A stretch of 64,000 nt of DNA from assembly GCF_009914755.1 (NCBI RefSeq), contig NC_060934.1; one strand, written 5' to 3'. This DNA is from the human T2T-CHM13v2.0 reference genome, Homo sapiens. This document shows positions 1 to 12,729 of the stretch, one piece after another. Below the pieces are notes generated by a model. That model was given only the letters and a program-made list of their open reading frames with translations. It was not told the origin of the DNA and searched no databases. The stretch's first letter is position 1. Each line of letters opens with the position of its first letter. A program made the translations under genes and the position numbers.

Positions 1-16
1 AGAAACTGAGGCGCAG

Positions 17-19
<3 letters not shown>

Positions 20-71
<52 letters not shown>
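20..71. repeat. (TA)n microsatellite
   Basis: Uninterrupted TA run. Confidence 0.97.
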
Positions 72-76
<5 letters not shown>

Positions 77-221
77 TTTGTTTTGTTTTTTGTTTGCAGA
101 GACAGGGGACAGGGTCTCCCCGTTTCCCAGGCTGGTCTCTCTAACTTCTGGGCTCAAGCCATCCTCCTGCCTCGGCCTCTCAAAGTGCTGGAATTACAGG
201 AGTGAGTCTTGGCACCTGGCC
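72..221 (-). mobile_element. Alu left monomer / FLAM-like
   Basis: T-rich tail then antisense Alu left arm (cccaggctggtct...caaagtgctggaattacagg...cctggcc). Confidence 0.85.
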
Positions 222-400
222 TCAGATTTTTAAACACCGAGTAAAACAAAATGTAATATAAAAACCATGTGGCTGCTTACCATTGATCACAATCTGATAT
301 ACTTTTGGCCCTGAGCTTTCATTTTTCATCTGCAAAGGTCCCTAATAAAATTGCAAGCCCAGGTGAATAATCTATTTCCTGCATATGGTTAGAACTCCAT

Positions 401-508
401 GACTCTGCGACTGGACTGTTGTGTGGATGAAAGTTGCCTGTGTGTGTTTTTCAGGACTCTGTGACTGGACTGTTGTGTGGATGAAAGTTGCCTGTGTGTG
501 TTTTTCAG
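401..508. repeat. 54-bp tandem duplication at an LTR boundary
   Basis: gactctg(c/t)gactggactgttgtgtggatgaaagttgcctgtgtgtgtttttcag at 401-454 and 455-508. Confidence 0.95.
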
Positions 509-885
509 GGCTGCCGTAACAAAGCACCACAGAACAGGCAGCTTCAACAACGGAAATGTGTGTTCTCAGAAAGGCAGCTTCAACAATGGAAATTTGTGTT
601 CTCATGGTTCTGCAGACTGGAAGTGTGACATCAAGGTGTGGGCAGGGCTGGTTCCTCCTGGGGCCTCTCTCCATGCCTTGTGGACCACATCTTCCCTCTG
701 TGTCCTCACAGGATCGTACCTCTGTGTGCGTCTGTGTCTTCATCTCCTCTTCTAAGGACACCATTTATATTGGGTTAGAGCCCTTCTTAGTGACCCTATT
801 TTTCCTTAATAATCACTGTCAAATACAATGACCTTCAGAGGGGCTGGGGGTTAGGATTTCAATGTACAAATGCAGGGACCACACC
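495..885 (-). mobile_element. MLT1A-like MaLR solo LTR with an internal 36-bp duplication (536-607)
   Basis: gggctgccgtaacaaagcaccacaga...ggaagtgtgacatcaaggtgtgggcagggctggttcc...ggggttaggatttcaa resembles antisense MLT1A. Confidence 0.8.
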
Positions 886-1463
886 CCAGCCCCAGCTACG
901 GCTCTGCGGCCAGGCCAGCATTGCTGGACACTGGTTGACTGAATGCTGTTTAGAGAAAAGTCTTTGGGTTTAGAGAAGAGTCACTTGTAGTGTACCCCCA
1001 AAATACATGCCATTCCCTCCATCTACAATAAGCCCCAATCCTGAAGCCCAAGTCCTTTCACACTTTTCTAGCCTAGGCACTTTCTCCTGTGTCCTGTGCA
1101 AGAAGAACCTCTGGGGTACGTGGAGGTGGCACCCAGCACTGCCCTGCGTGGAGCTGCAGCGTGTCAGGGAGCAGCCCAGCTCTTGGGCACAGCGGTGCGA
1201 GGGCTGTTGGCCGGAACACAGTGCCAGACAGCTGTGATGGGAGGAGAGAACCACAAAGGCGGAGGTGAGAACTGAAAACTAAATTACAGGTGAGTGCCTC
1301 CAAAGCATGGTGTGCATGCAGTGAGTGTGCGTGCTGCACAGAACCCTGCACTTGTGTGTTCAAAATCCAAGCTATTCGTTCCATTCCTCTTTACTGCCAT
1401 TAAGACCACTTGTGATTGTATATTGAACTCAACACTGTTAGGGGCTGGAGTTGGAAGAGCTAC

Positions 1464-1893
1464 TGTCATGGGTTGAATTGGTCCCTAAAAAAGACACATT
1501 GGAATCCTAACCCTCAGGACTTCAGAATGTGACCTCATTCTTTATAGAGCTAAGTGACAATGAGATTATTAGGTTGGGCCCTAATTCAATACAGCTGATG
1601 TACTCACGAAAATGGATATCTGGACACGGAGTCAGAGACAAAGGAAGAATGCACAGTGAAGATGGGTTATGGGAATGGTGTGTCTGCAAGCCAAGGAGCA
1701 CCAAGGGCTGGGGGCAGAGAACAGGCAGCCAGCAGAGAGGGCTGGACAGAGCATCCCCACACGCTCAGAAGGAACCAAGCCTACTGGGACCTGCATCTCC
1801 AACTCCTGGTCTCCAGGTGATGAGATGACCATTCTTGCTGTTTCAAGCCATCTACTTTGAGGCACTTTGCTAAGGCAGCCCCAATAAACCACA
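1464..1893 (+). mobile_element. MLT1B/C-like MaLR solo LTR
   Basis: tgtcatgggttgaattggtcccta...cagaatgtgacc...gcaagccaaggagcacc...gaaggaaccaa...tttcaagcca...ggcagcccc. Confidence 0.85.
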
Positions 1894-2360
1894 CAGCCAC
1901 ATTCCTAGCTGGCATTCACCAGGCTAGACAGTCCACAGCTGTGACTTGTGTCACAGTGGAAAGCACAGTAGGCTCTATTTTTCAAACCAGGATTCTGGAA
2001 TCTCAGCCGTCACACTCAGCCAGGAAAGGTCTGTGGGTCTCGAATGCTTCCACTGAGGAATGGGGATGATGTAACTGCACCCATACGAGATAATGAATGT
2101 GTTGACTTATTCAGCACTGTCACAGTTCTAAGAGCCCTTGATGAAATGAACAAATAACGACGTAAGGGGAAGGTGGTGTGATGGGGAATTGCCGATGGAC
2201 GGTGGTCACAAGGCTGGCAGCCTGGGATGGATGTGCAATGCCCACGTTGCCACGGGGCCAGGCTGAAGTGCTCCACACCCCTGTCCACATTCACTCGCTT
2301 TCTGCTGTGTCTTCTGCAGGCCTCAGTGGCTGTGCTTCCCTCCCGTGGGATGCTCTGGGC

Positions 2361-2416
2361 TAGCCTCCCACCTCTGTTCTGGTCTAGCCTCCCACCTCTG
2401 TTCTGGTCTAGCCTCT
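2361..2416. repeat. 24-bp tandem repeat, about 2.3 copies
   Basis: tagcctcccacctctgttctggtc repeated. Confidence 0.9.
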
Positions 2417-2620
2417 GAACTGACCTGGTCTGTTTGGCTCTCTGAAACCCTGAAACTGACATTCAGATTCTTGTTTCACTATTTTCCATGCCAGAATAAT
2501 ACATGAATCTTTCACAAAGTTCTGAAATCCAAAGTCTCTTTGAGGCTAAAAATGAATATCTGAAAGTTGATATTTAGTCCCCTGATCTCTTTAGACAAAC
2601 TGAAAAGCTTGTTTTCCCTA

Positions 2621-3029
2621 TGATATGGTTTAAGTCTGTGTCCCCACCCAAATCTCATGTTGAAATGTAATCCTCGGTGTTGGCGGTGGGGCCAGGTGGG
2701 AGGTTATTGGATCATGGGGGTATTTTCTTATTGTTGAATACCATTCCCCTTAGTGCTATCATCAAGGTAGTGAGTTCTCATGAGATCTGGTGTTTAAAAG
2801 TGTGTGGCACTCCCCCACTTCCTCCTGCTCTGGCCATGTAAAGTGCTGGCTCCCCCTACACCTTCCGCTATGGTTGTAAGTTTCCTGAGGCCTCTGCAGA
2901 AACTCAGCTGTTGCCAGCATCGTGCTTCCTGTACAGTCTGCAGAACCACGAACCAACTAAACCTCTTTTCCTTATAAATTACCCAGTCTCAGATATTTCT
3001 TTATAGCAGTGCAAGAACAGACTAATACC
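2621..3029 (+). mobile_element. MSTA-like MaLR solo LTR
   Basis: tgatatggttt...tccccacccaaatctcatgttgaaatgtaatcc...aaattacccagtctcag...cagactaatac. Confidence 0.92.
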
Positions 3030-3101
3030 TCGCTGGACAATGAAGACGGAGCCTGGGCTTTTGTGTCTCACTGTTTTCTGTGATTCTTAACACGTTGGTT
3101 A

Positions 3102-3713
<612 letters not shown>

Positions 3714-5605
3714 TCAAGATGAGGACCTTTATATGGTTGTGAACATCCTAAATTTAACGAAACAAATAAATTCAAAGAGTATTTGATCTTGCATCAGACT
3801 TCACAACACTCAGGGAATATCTTCAGCAAACTACAACAATGTGAACGTATAATAAATCACTACAGTCCTTAAAAACACAAATCTGAAACACTAGAATCCT
3901 AATTCAGAATGTATGAGTTATATGTAATAATAAACTATGAAGGAAAAAATAATCATTTCCAGGAGCCAATTGTTTTGTGCAAAAGGAGAATAGCAAGTAT
4001 CCCATTGTCTGGAAATGTTTTACAAGTATATTTTGATGGTTTAAATTTTTGTTATACAGTATCATCAAGATTCTGTCACATTTTAGTGTTATTGATTTGA
4101 AACAAAAGTGGATTTTGACATCATTTATTTTGGACTACACACTGTGTAATTATTCAAATGCTTCATTTTCATTTGAGCTTTCCTATTTGTTTTAAATGTT
4201 ATTACTTGCTTCAGTGCATTTTCATTTTAGTGAACACACTGATAAATATTTCTATCAATTGCCGATGTGATTTTTGCATAAGTAACTAAAATGCTAGCAC
4301 CGTGGTTTAATACAATATTAGACATCGCAGGATCCCATAGCAGCAATTAGAAAGTTTGCCTGCATGTGTGTAATCATAAAGGCCTTCTGGAAGGGTTTAA
4401 AGTGTGCTCATAATTGGTAATTTTAATGCTCCATGTCTTTCCCGAAAGCCTTAGACGCAAAGCCAGGGCTGATCCTAGGTAACATCATGAAGTTGACTAC
4501 ATTTGCTTTTCATTTTTCTCAGCCTTTCATCCCCACTTTGCAAGTTCAGTGGCCGCATCACTGACCCAAGTCTGGGTCGGGGTTTCCCAAATCAAGTCAG
4601 TCTTACAGACACATTCATTCTGTCATTCTTACCTTCTCTTCTCTCAGGACACTCTGAGTTTTCCTTTCTCTTGGCTCCTTGATATTTACTTGCCTTGTTT
4701 GCTTCTGTTGTAGGTTGACAAAATTCTCTTAACAGAATCTACAGCACCCTCAACTCACACCAAGTCGAGTGGTGAGTGGGCACATTGTAGCAATTAATCT
4801 GAGTTCCCAGGGTCTGTGCTGGGTTGTTGGCTGCTCCATTATCCTAATAATACCACTACTAATGCATTTGTTCACTAACACAGGTGATACTTTACTGTAT
4901 TTTCACTAGTGAGGAAGAAAAGGAAGTACCCTTTGCCATGTAAAACAAAACAATCTTAATTTATCCAAGCAAGAGAGGGAGTGTGTTTACCTAGATTTCT
5001 TGCACAGGATCTGAATGAACCACATAAAGACTCTGCAAGTTACCAACAAAGCCGGTGCTCGCTGGGGCCAGGCGGCCCCTTCGCCGGGCACAGACCTTGC
5101 TGGGGGCTGAGACCACCCAGCCTCCATCAGGCTCCCGTGCGCTGCTTCCTGAATGGAGGCCACTGCCACTCCCACACCAAATAGTAACCAATAAAGGGAG
5201 GAAATTAGCTTCTCTTATTTCTGACTCTCATTTATATGATAGAAATGTATAAATCAAAAATGGAAAGTTAAAGTACACACATTTATCCAATGAACTTTGA
5301 TAATATTGCAAATAATAAAAAGGCAGGCTGGCACCCATGATTTGTTTTTAATTTTCAAATGTTCATAATTACATTTACATAATTACTCCTGGATAAGGTT
5401 ACTAAACTGAAAAGGTCATGAGAATTGATAATAGTTAAATATGTTCAAGATTATAGCCTGATGAGAATAAAATACGTCTAAGGATTAAATCACAAAACAG
5501 TCTACCAAAGTGTCATGCTTAACAAATGCCCTGCTCTGTTTACACAGAAAGGTCCAAATGCGGCGTTATCACATGCCCTTCTCCGCTAAAATCATGACAT
5601 GGACA

Positions 5606-5705
5606 TTATCCTTTCCATTTTACAGCTGAGAAAACTGAAGCTCATAAATATTAATTAACCTGCCTAAGATCACACAGTGGAGGGCTTTGGATCCAGGGAT
5701 TCAAG
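5606..5705 (-). mobile_element. MIR fragment
   Basis: ccattttacagctgagaaaactgaagctca...acctgcctaagatcacacag, the antisense MIR core. Confidence 0.8.
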
Positions 5706-6018
5706 CTGTGAAGAATGTGCTCAGAAACGCTGTAAAATACAGCCTCCCAGCTAAAATTGTTGAGGATCTTAGCCCTGAGGAAATTGGAAAAATAACATGT
5801 TATTCATTCCTCTTCAAGAAAAAAAATGAAATACCATTTAGCATAAATGCAGAAAAGTGCACAAATAAGCTATACAGCTGTCTGAGTGATTACAGAGTGC
5901 AAACACTATACAGATCAGTATGTAGTGTATCAGCTGTTTCCTGATGTTTTCCGTCAGTCATCTCCCAACCCATCTACAAAGTTAGCTAGAGATTAGTTTT
6001 GCCTGATGTTAAAATTAA

Positions 6019-6276
<258 letters not shown>

Positions 6277-6299
6277 TAAGCATTAGTGTTGCTATAAAT

Positions 6300-7760
6300 T
6301 TTTAAATACCCCATCACAGTACTTTAATTCCTGGTCGATTTTTGTCACAAGTTTATGTTTAACTTTCTCAAATGTTTTCTCTGCATTATTTGGGTGAAAA
6401 AAATGAATTGTCTTCTTCCTTTCACAAGTGTAGCAATTTCTTCGGGTTCAATTCACTGTTCTCTTCACAGCTTTTGAAAACAATACGGACATATCTGTTT
6501 ATAAATAATGATTCTTTTCTAATGTACATATTTAAAAATTTAGTTTTCACAAAAACTCTGGGTTATATCAGTGTTATAATTTTGGTTAATTTCTATTGAG
6601 TTCAAAATAGACTATGATATTGTAATCTTTACACACTTATATATAGTAACTTACTCCTTCAGTCATGTTATTTAAAAATGTATTGCTTATTGTTGAAATA
6701 ATTGTGAAATATTACATATCTGTAGTATCATTATATAGTTTGATTCTACTGTCTGTAGAAACTATTTCCTAGATAAATTTGTCACTTGATATTATTAGAG
6801 AGTTAATATGTTTCCTAGTCTGTGTTCGGATTTGGTAAACTCTTTTGTGTATTTGAGAAAATTATGTATTGTGGAGTTGTTAGGTGTAGCATTTTTATGC
6901 ATCAATAAGATGTTAATTATGATCAGATATTTTACAATGATGCTGAATTTTGTCTCTGTTATATTAGTCACCTATCTCTCATCAGGATAGCAGATTAATT
7001 AGTCTATTGCCTACAAATTTCAATTACAATATTAAAATGATTTTTACTGGAGAAAAGAAGTTTTTGCTGGGAAATTAAAACTTTTGTCTTTGTTTTTCCT
7101 CTTGATCCCTCATATTGCCTATTTCCTTAAAGAATTATTTGTCTGATATCAGTGTAATTTTTTCTTTTTCTTTTTTTTTGGACGGAATGCACAGTGCAGG
7201 TTTTTTCATCCTGGTATTTTAATGTTTTTTTTTTTAATCCTTGTATAAGGCTATACCTCTTATAAGCAGTTGTACTTTGTGGATGTCCAATGTTCCAGCC
7301 TTTGCTGCCATTGTTAATAGTTATTTTACTTACCTCTCCTATTTGGCTATTTGATTTTACTTTGTTTTTTTTCTAATTGAATTGTCCTTGTTTTTTTTTT
7401 TTGAATTGATGGAGTTTTTTTTTTTTTTCGTAATTCTATTTTCTGCTCTTTTAGCTTGTTAATTATCTGTTCTTTTAGAAAATTGTCTAAAGGTATAAAG
7501 GTTAGTAAAAATAATTTATCTCTTCCTACATAATTCAAAATCTTCAAACATTTAATATCATCATCTGCTTCCAACTTCTGTGCAGTTTTGAATGTATTTT
7601 CATTCTGTATGTACTTTTGTTCCCACAAAGCATTATTTTAATGGCTCATGTAATCAATATTCATTTAGATTTGTCCACTCATTTTCTCCCTCTATCGATA
7701 ATTATTATCTTCCTTCCACCTTGGATCGTTTTCTTCCTACCTGAAGACTATCCTCTAATG
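6300..7760 (-). mobile_element. Probable ancient L1M fragments
   Basis: Very T-rich degenerate sequence with L1-like phrases (gttaggtgtagcattt, tgtctgatatcagtgta, cttcctacctgaagactatcc). Confidence 0.45.
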
Positions 7761-7762
7761 CA

Positions 7763-8106
<344 letters not shown>

Positions 8107-8169
8107 TAATAGCGATTCTAACTGGAGCAAGGTGGTGATTTCTGAAAACATGGACAAACCTGAAAGAAG

Positions 8170-8410
8170 TTCTCATGTCCTATCTCACAGTAGGGTGACT
8201 ACAGTTAACAGTCAAACATTGTATATTGCAAAATAGCTGAAAGAGAAGCTTTTGAATGTTCTCACCAGGAAGAAATTATAAATGCATGAGGTGATGAATA
8301 CACTAACCACAACTGATTGGATCATTATGCAACACAGATATTATCAAAACATCAAATTGTGTCCCATAAACATGTACAATTATAATTTGTCAATTTTAAA
8401 AATAAATATT
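8170..8410 (+). mobile_element. L1MA 3' end
   Basis: cagtagggtgactacagttaac...aaaatagctgaaagagaagcttttgaatgttctcacc...tgtacaattataatttgtcaatt...aataaa. Confidence 0.85.
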
Positions 8411-8749
8411 GAAAATAAAAGAAAAACAATCTACGTAGAACTTCTCAAAGAGAGAAAGGCTCGGTGCTGTATAAAAATCTGTTAGGTGGAAACAGAAGGT
8501 CGCACATTGTAAAACCAATGTGAGTATCAATTTGAATATTTTTTGAGCAGACGTATTGCAATTGATAAAAACAGAGGCCTCATTTCGGTAAGTTTCACAG
8601 TAAATGCAAAAGGTAAGGAAGGAGATATAGAGAAAGTAGTTTACTGTTTAAAGAACAGTCTCTAAGAATATAAACATAAATAGCAAGTCTCTAAGAATAT
8701 AAACATATAAGAAACAACTCAACTCTTACCCACATAAAACCAATTGTCT

Positions 8750-9037
8750 AACGCTACACTATCCAATACAAATATTGTGTGAGCTGCTTTTATACATTTG
8801 AAATTTTCTAATAGCCACATTAACATTTTAGTAATATATTTCATTTAACCCACTATTTCAAAAATGCTATGATTTCAGCAGGTAATCAATGTGAAATATT
8901 GCACTCAGTTTTCTTTATTATAAATCTTTAAAGTCTGGTGTGCATTTCCAATCATGCACATCCCAATTCAGACTAGCCATCCATCAAGTGCCCAGCAGTC
9001 CTAGGTGGTTAGGAAATGTGATATTGGGCCACACAGA
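8750..9037. mobile_element. MER33/MER3-like hAT-Charlie fossil
   Basis: aaattttctaatagccacatt...atttaaccca...tctggtgtgcattt...aattcagactagcca...caagtgcccagcagtcc. Confidence 0.7.
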
Positions 9038-9494
9038 CATAATGAATTCTCAAAGTGGGGAAATGTATACTCAGTCAAAAACAAAGTGAGTCTATTAATA
9101 AATTCTGTTACAAAGGAGGAAAAAATCTTGATCCATTTTCTTATAGGCTAAATGGAAGAATTAATCTAGAAAAACTCTGGGGAGCAAGTTGACTATTTAG
9201 ATGCTAGATAATGGCTAATTGCCTGTCATGTTTCAGAAAAAAGACACTGTCATTTGCAACCTCAGGAAAACTGATGTGTGAATTATTCAGGAACAAGCAA
9301 TACCAATGGCATGTTATGTATTATTTCAGAATAGACTGAAAGCTGTCATTTATATACACTGAAGCTGTACTTCATAAGTGCTGTGTTTTCCACATTTAAT
9401 AAGTGAGTATCAAGTCTTTGTTTTCTGATTGTTTACAGCAGATCATCTGAACTAATGGGAGTCTAATTTAAATTGTTGTGAATATTGTATACAC

Positions 9495-9600
9495 CAATTA
9501 CCCTGATCTGATCACTATACTTTATATGGATTGAAACATCGCTATGCACCCCACAGATAGGTTCAATTATTATTAGTCAATTTACAAATAAGAATTAAAA
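9495..9600 (+). mobile_element. L1MA 3'-end fragment
   Basis: aattaccctgatctgatcactatac...tgaaacatcgctatgcacccca...tcaatttacaaata. Confidence 0.7.
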
Positions 9601-10044
9601 AGGAAACCTACAAAGATGTCTTTGAAATATGTCCAAGCATTTTGAAGTAGATCTAGGGAGTAAATGACATGGGTTGATTACTTTCAAATTTAAGTGTCAA
9701 TGGCTTTGATACAACCCCAAACCCACTAAAGATTTTTATGAGCAGCAGAAGGAAAGTGTTGTGAGTAAGAAGCATGACAGGATGTGGGCGTCAGAAGGAG
9801 AAGCGGAGAGTCCGCAGTGTACGCACTCTTGTGAGCCTGGGGATGAGAATCGGGAGACAGTCAAAGTGTGGTCCACAGGAAATGCTCTCTCTGTTGGCTC
9901 TCTGTTGGGAGTCATCTGTTTTAAAAGACTGTGTCTTTGTAGCTTGGAAGATTTGTGAGTGTCCTCAGGAAATTGTTCTAATTTTCCTAAGGACTACTTA
10001 GAAATCCACATTGGAAATCATCGATGACATGAATCTAAGAATGT

Positions 10045-10163
10045 CAGGTTTGTCAGACTAAAACAGACAGCATTCATAGAACATATTTACGATTTAAAAA
10101 ACTATTCACTGTGTATCTGAATCTAATTTAATTGAGTGTCTTATTTCTTTTTCTGGCAACCTA
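10045..10163. mobile_element. MER53-like hAT fragment
   Basis: aaaaaactattcactgtgtatctgaa...tctggcaacc. Confidence 0.5.
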
Positions 10164-10472
10164 TGTTAATCTTGTTTTTTAGAAACAATGAGCCACGAGT
10201 GTTTTTCCCCATCGTCTTCCCAATGTTAAAGACATTCATTGGGAAGGTGAAGTTTTCTGCCATGATAACTGGTCGAAAGTCTCTGTCTCTGTGGCCTTGA
10301 GCCAGGCCATGTGCAGGTGCTTCCCAGGCTCTGAGACAACCTTGCAGGCAGTGCAGCTGCAGCTGAACAGGTGCAGACCACGTCCTACCCTGGCTTCTGT
10401 TTTGAGAGAGCTCACCTGAGCATCCTGCTCACTTCTCCATCTTGGCTGGACCTGCCTGGAGAGTGAGCCCGG

Positions 10473-10751
10473 CTGTTCTGCTCCTCCATGACCTGTGTGT
10501 CTCCTGCTCCTGGCTGTGCTGCTCCTCTGTGGCCCACGTGGCTCCTGCTCACAGCTGTTCTGTTCCTCTGTGGCCCCTGCTCCCGGCCATTCTATTCATC
10601 CATGGCCTGTGTGTCTCCTGCTCCCAGCTGTTCTGTTCATCCGTGGCCTGTGTGTCTCCTGCTCAGGGCCTGTTTTTTTCCTCCGTGGCCCACATGGCTC
10701 CAGCTCCCAGGTGATCTCCTCCTCCGTGGCCTGTGTGGCTTCCACTCCCGG
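10473..10751. repeat. Degenerate ~41-bp minisatellite, about 7 copies
   Basis: Consensus approximately ctgttctgttcctccgtggcctgtgtgtctcctgctcccag. Confidence 0.85.
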
Positions 10752-11683
10752 TTTCCAGGGTCTCTCTTGGCCACGTCACTGTGATATGGAGTCCTGGCCA
10801 CAGCTTCCTTCATAATATGCTCCCCTCTCTGTAGCCCATGGAACTGTCATCCTATCTAGGAGGACTGCCATGAGCTGTGTTTTTATAAGACTGTGGGATA
10901 CTTTTGAAAGATTTCAATCTCTGTGAAAACTCACCACTTTGTCTGGAATTGATGGCACCTCATCTTATTATGGGGGGAATGCTCTTCACAGGAAAGAACT
11001 CTTAAGACCCATCTGTTATCACCATTCAAATTCTTCCCTCTGGAGGATGTGCAAGCAGCGGGGTACCCAGCACCCTTTTGCATGTTGTCTGGCAATATTT
11101 TCTCATTTCCTTTACGTATTTTAATGTAATCAGAACAGCTCACATCTGCATAGCAATCAAATTACCAAGTCAACATCATCGAATGAAGTACTGAGGAGTC
11201 CGGTAATCAAATTCAGGTTAATATTAAACTTTCTGCACCTGGATTCCAAAAGGAGACAGAGAGAAAGAGAAAGACAGTGAGGAAGAAACTATTTCCACTA
11301 ATATCAGATATTTATTATATTCTCTGACACTGGTGAAACTGCTTCTTTTCAGGCTTACATTAAATTGTTTAATCTGAAAATATACACTTCCTCTGTTGTT
11401 TGAACTGCGATTGTAGCTACACATGCATGAATCTTTTATATGTAGAATAACCTCAATATGAATATGTCATGCTCATCAACTAAAGTATATTTTATTTGTA
11501 AGTAAAGAATAAGTCACATCAAGGCACAGAAGGGAAAGTTAGAAATTCTTAATTTAATTCTCATTGTTCTACCTCACATTACTTAATTAAATAATAAAAT
11601 TAATTAAAAATGTAATATATACATTGCACAAATATCGTTTAAGCCATCATTTGTAGCATGGAACAGAATAGAAACATATTAGA

Positions 11684-12146
11684 ATGTTTATTGCGGCATT
11701 ATTCACAATAGCAAAGACTTGGAACCAACCCAAATGTCCAACAATGATAGACTGGATTAAGAACATGTGGCACATATACACCATGGAACACTATGCAGCC
11801 ATAAAAAATGATGAGTTCATGTCCTTTGTAGGGACATGGATGAAATTGGAAATCATCATTCTCAGTAAACTATCGCAAAAACAAAAAACCAAACACCGCA
11901 TATTCTCACTCATAGGTGGGAATTGAACAATGAGAACACATGGACACAGGAAGGGGAACATCACACTCTGGGGACTGTTGTGGGGTGGGGGGAGGGGGGA
12001 GGGATAACATTGGGAAATATACCTAATGCTAGATGATGAGTTAGTGGGTGCAGCGCACCAGCATGGCACATGTATACATATGAAACTAACGTGCACATTG
12101 TGCCCATGTACCCTAAAACTTAAAGTATAATAATGAAAAAAGAAAA
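11684..12146 (+). mobile_element. 5'-truncated L1PA2-like LINE-1 (last 80 codons of ORF2 plus 3'UTR)
   Basis: ORF MFIAALFTIAKTWNQPKCPTMIDWIK...IFSLIGGN is the L1 ORF2p C-terminus; G-rich 3'UTR; GAG (not ACA/ACG) at the Ta diagnostic site (gatgatgagttagtggg). Confidence 0.95.
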
Positions 12147-12152
12147 AGAATC

Positions 12153-12300
12153 TGCCAGGCACAGATCATGCCCGTAATCCCAGTATGTTGGGAGGTGAAG
12201 GTGGGTAGATTGCTTGAGCTCAGGAGTTCGAGACCAGCCTGGGCAACATGGTGAAAACTTGTCTCTACAAAAAAAAAAAAAGAAAGAAAGAAAGAAAGAA
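12153..12300 (+). mobile_element. Alu left monomer (FLAM_C-like)
   Basis: gccaggcac...taatcccagtatgttgggagg...gcttgagctcaggagttcgagaccagcctgggcaacatgg, then an A/(GAAA)n tail. Confidence 0.88.
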
Positions 12301-12729
12301 ATTTAGAATCTACTTTATTTTTTCTAATTAAGGAATAGGTAGTCACTGAAGAATTTTGAATAGTGAATTAACATGTTTGAAACTGCCCTTATAAAAAGTT
12401 AATCTCAGTATTGTGAACATGATAGAAGAATCTGAGATAAGAAAATTAGTTAATAGTCTATTGAAGTGTGCCAAAAATAAAGACAAAATTTATCAAAATC
12501 AGCAGCATAAGAGAATGAAAGCATATGTTTGCAAAATTTCATAATAACATTTTAAAGGAAAAGGAAATATGTGAAAGAAAAAAAATGCAAGATTTTATGA
12601 CCTTCCTCAATTCCAAATGGGGTCGGTTTACTCAAGAGTAATTACATTCATTTTCATCACTAAAATAATTTCAACCTTGGAAAGAATTTTGTTTTTTGCT
12701 TTAAGAAGAAAGTTATAAAAATCAGGAGA

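Noticed and set aside
4985-5190. GC-rich patch as a CpG island or coding exon
   Set aside because: It is only ~130 bp with few CpGs, and the ORFs have no recognisable similarity.
11684-12146. Active or human-specific L1HS-Ta element
   Set aside because: It is only ~460 bp, has GAG rather than ACA at the diagnostic site, and carries several private substitutions.
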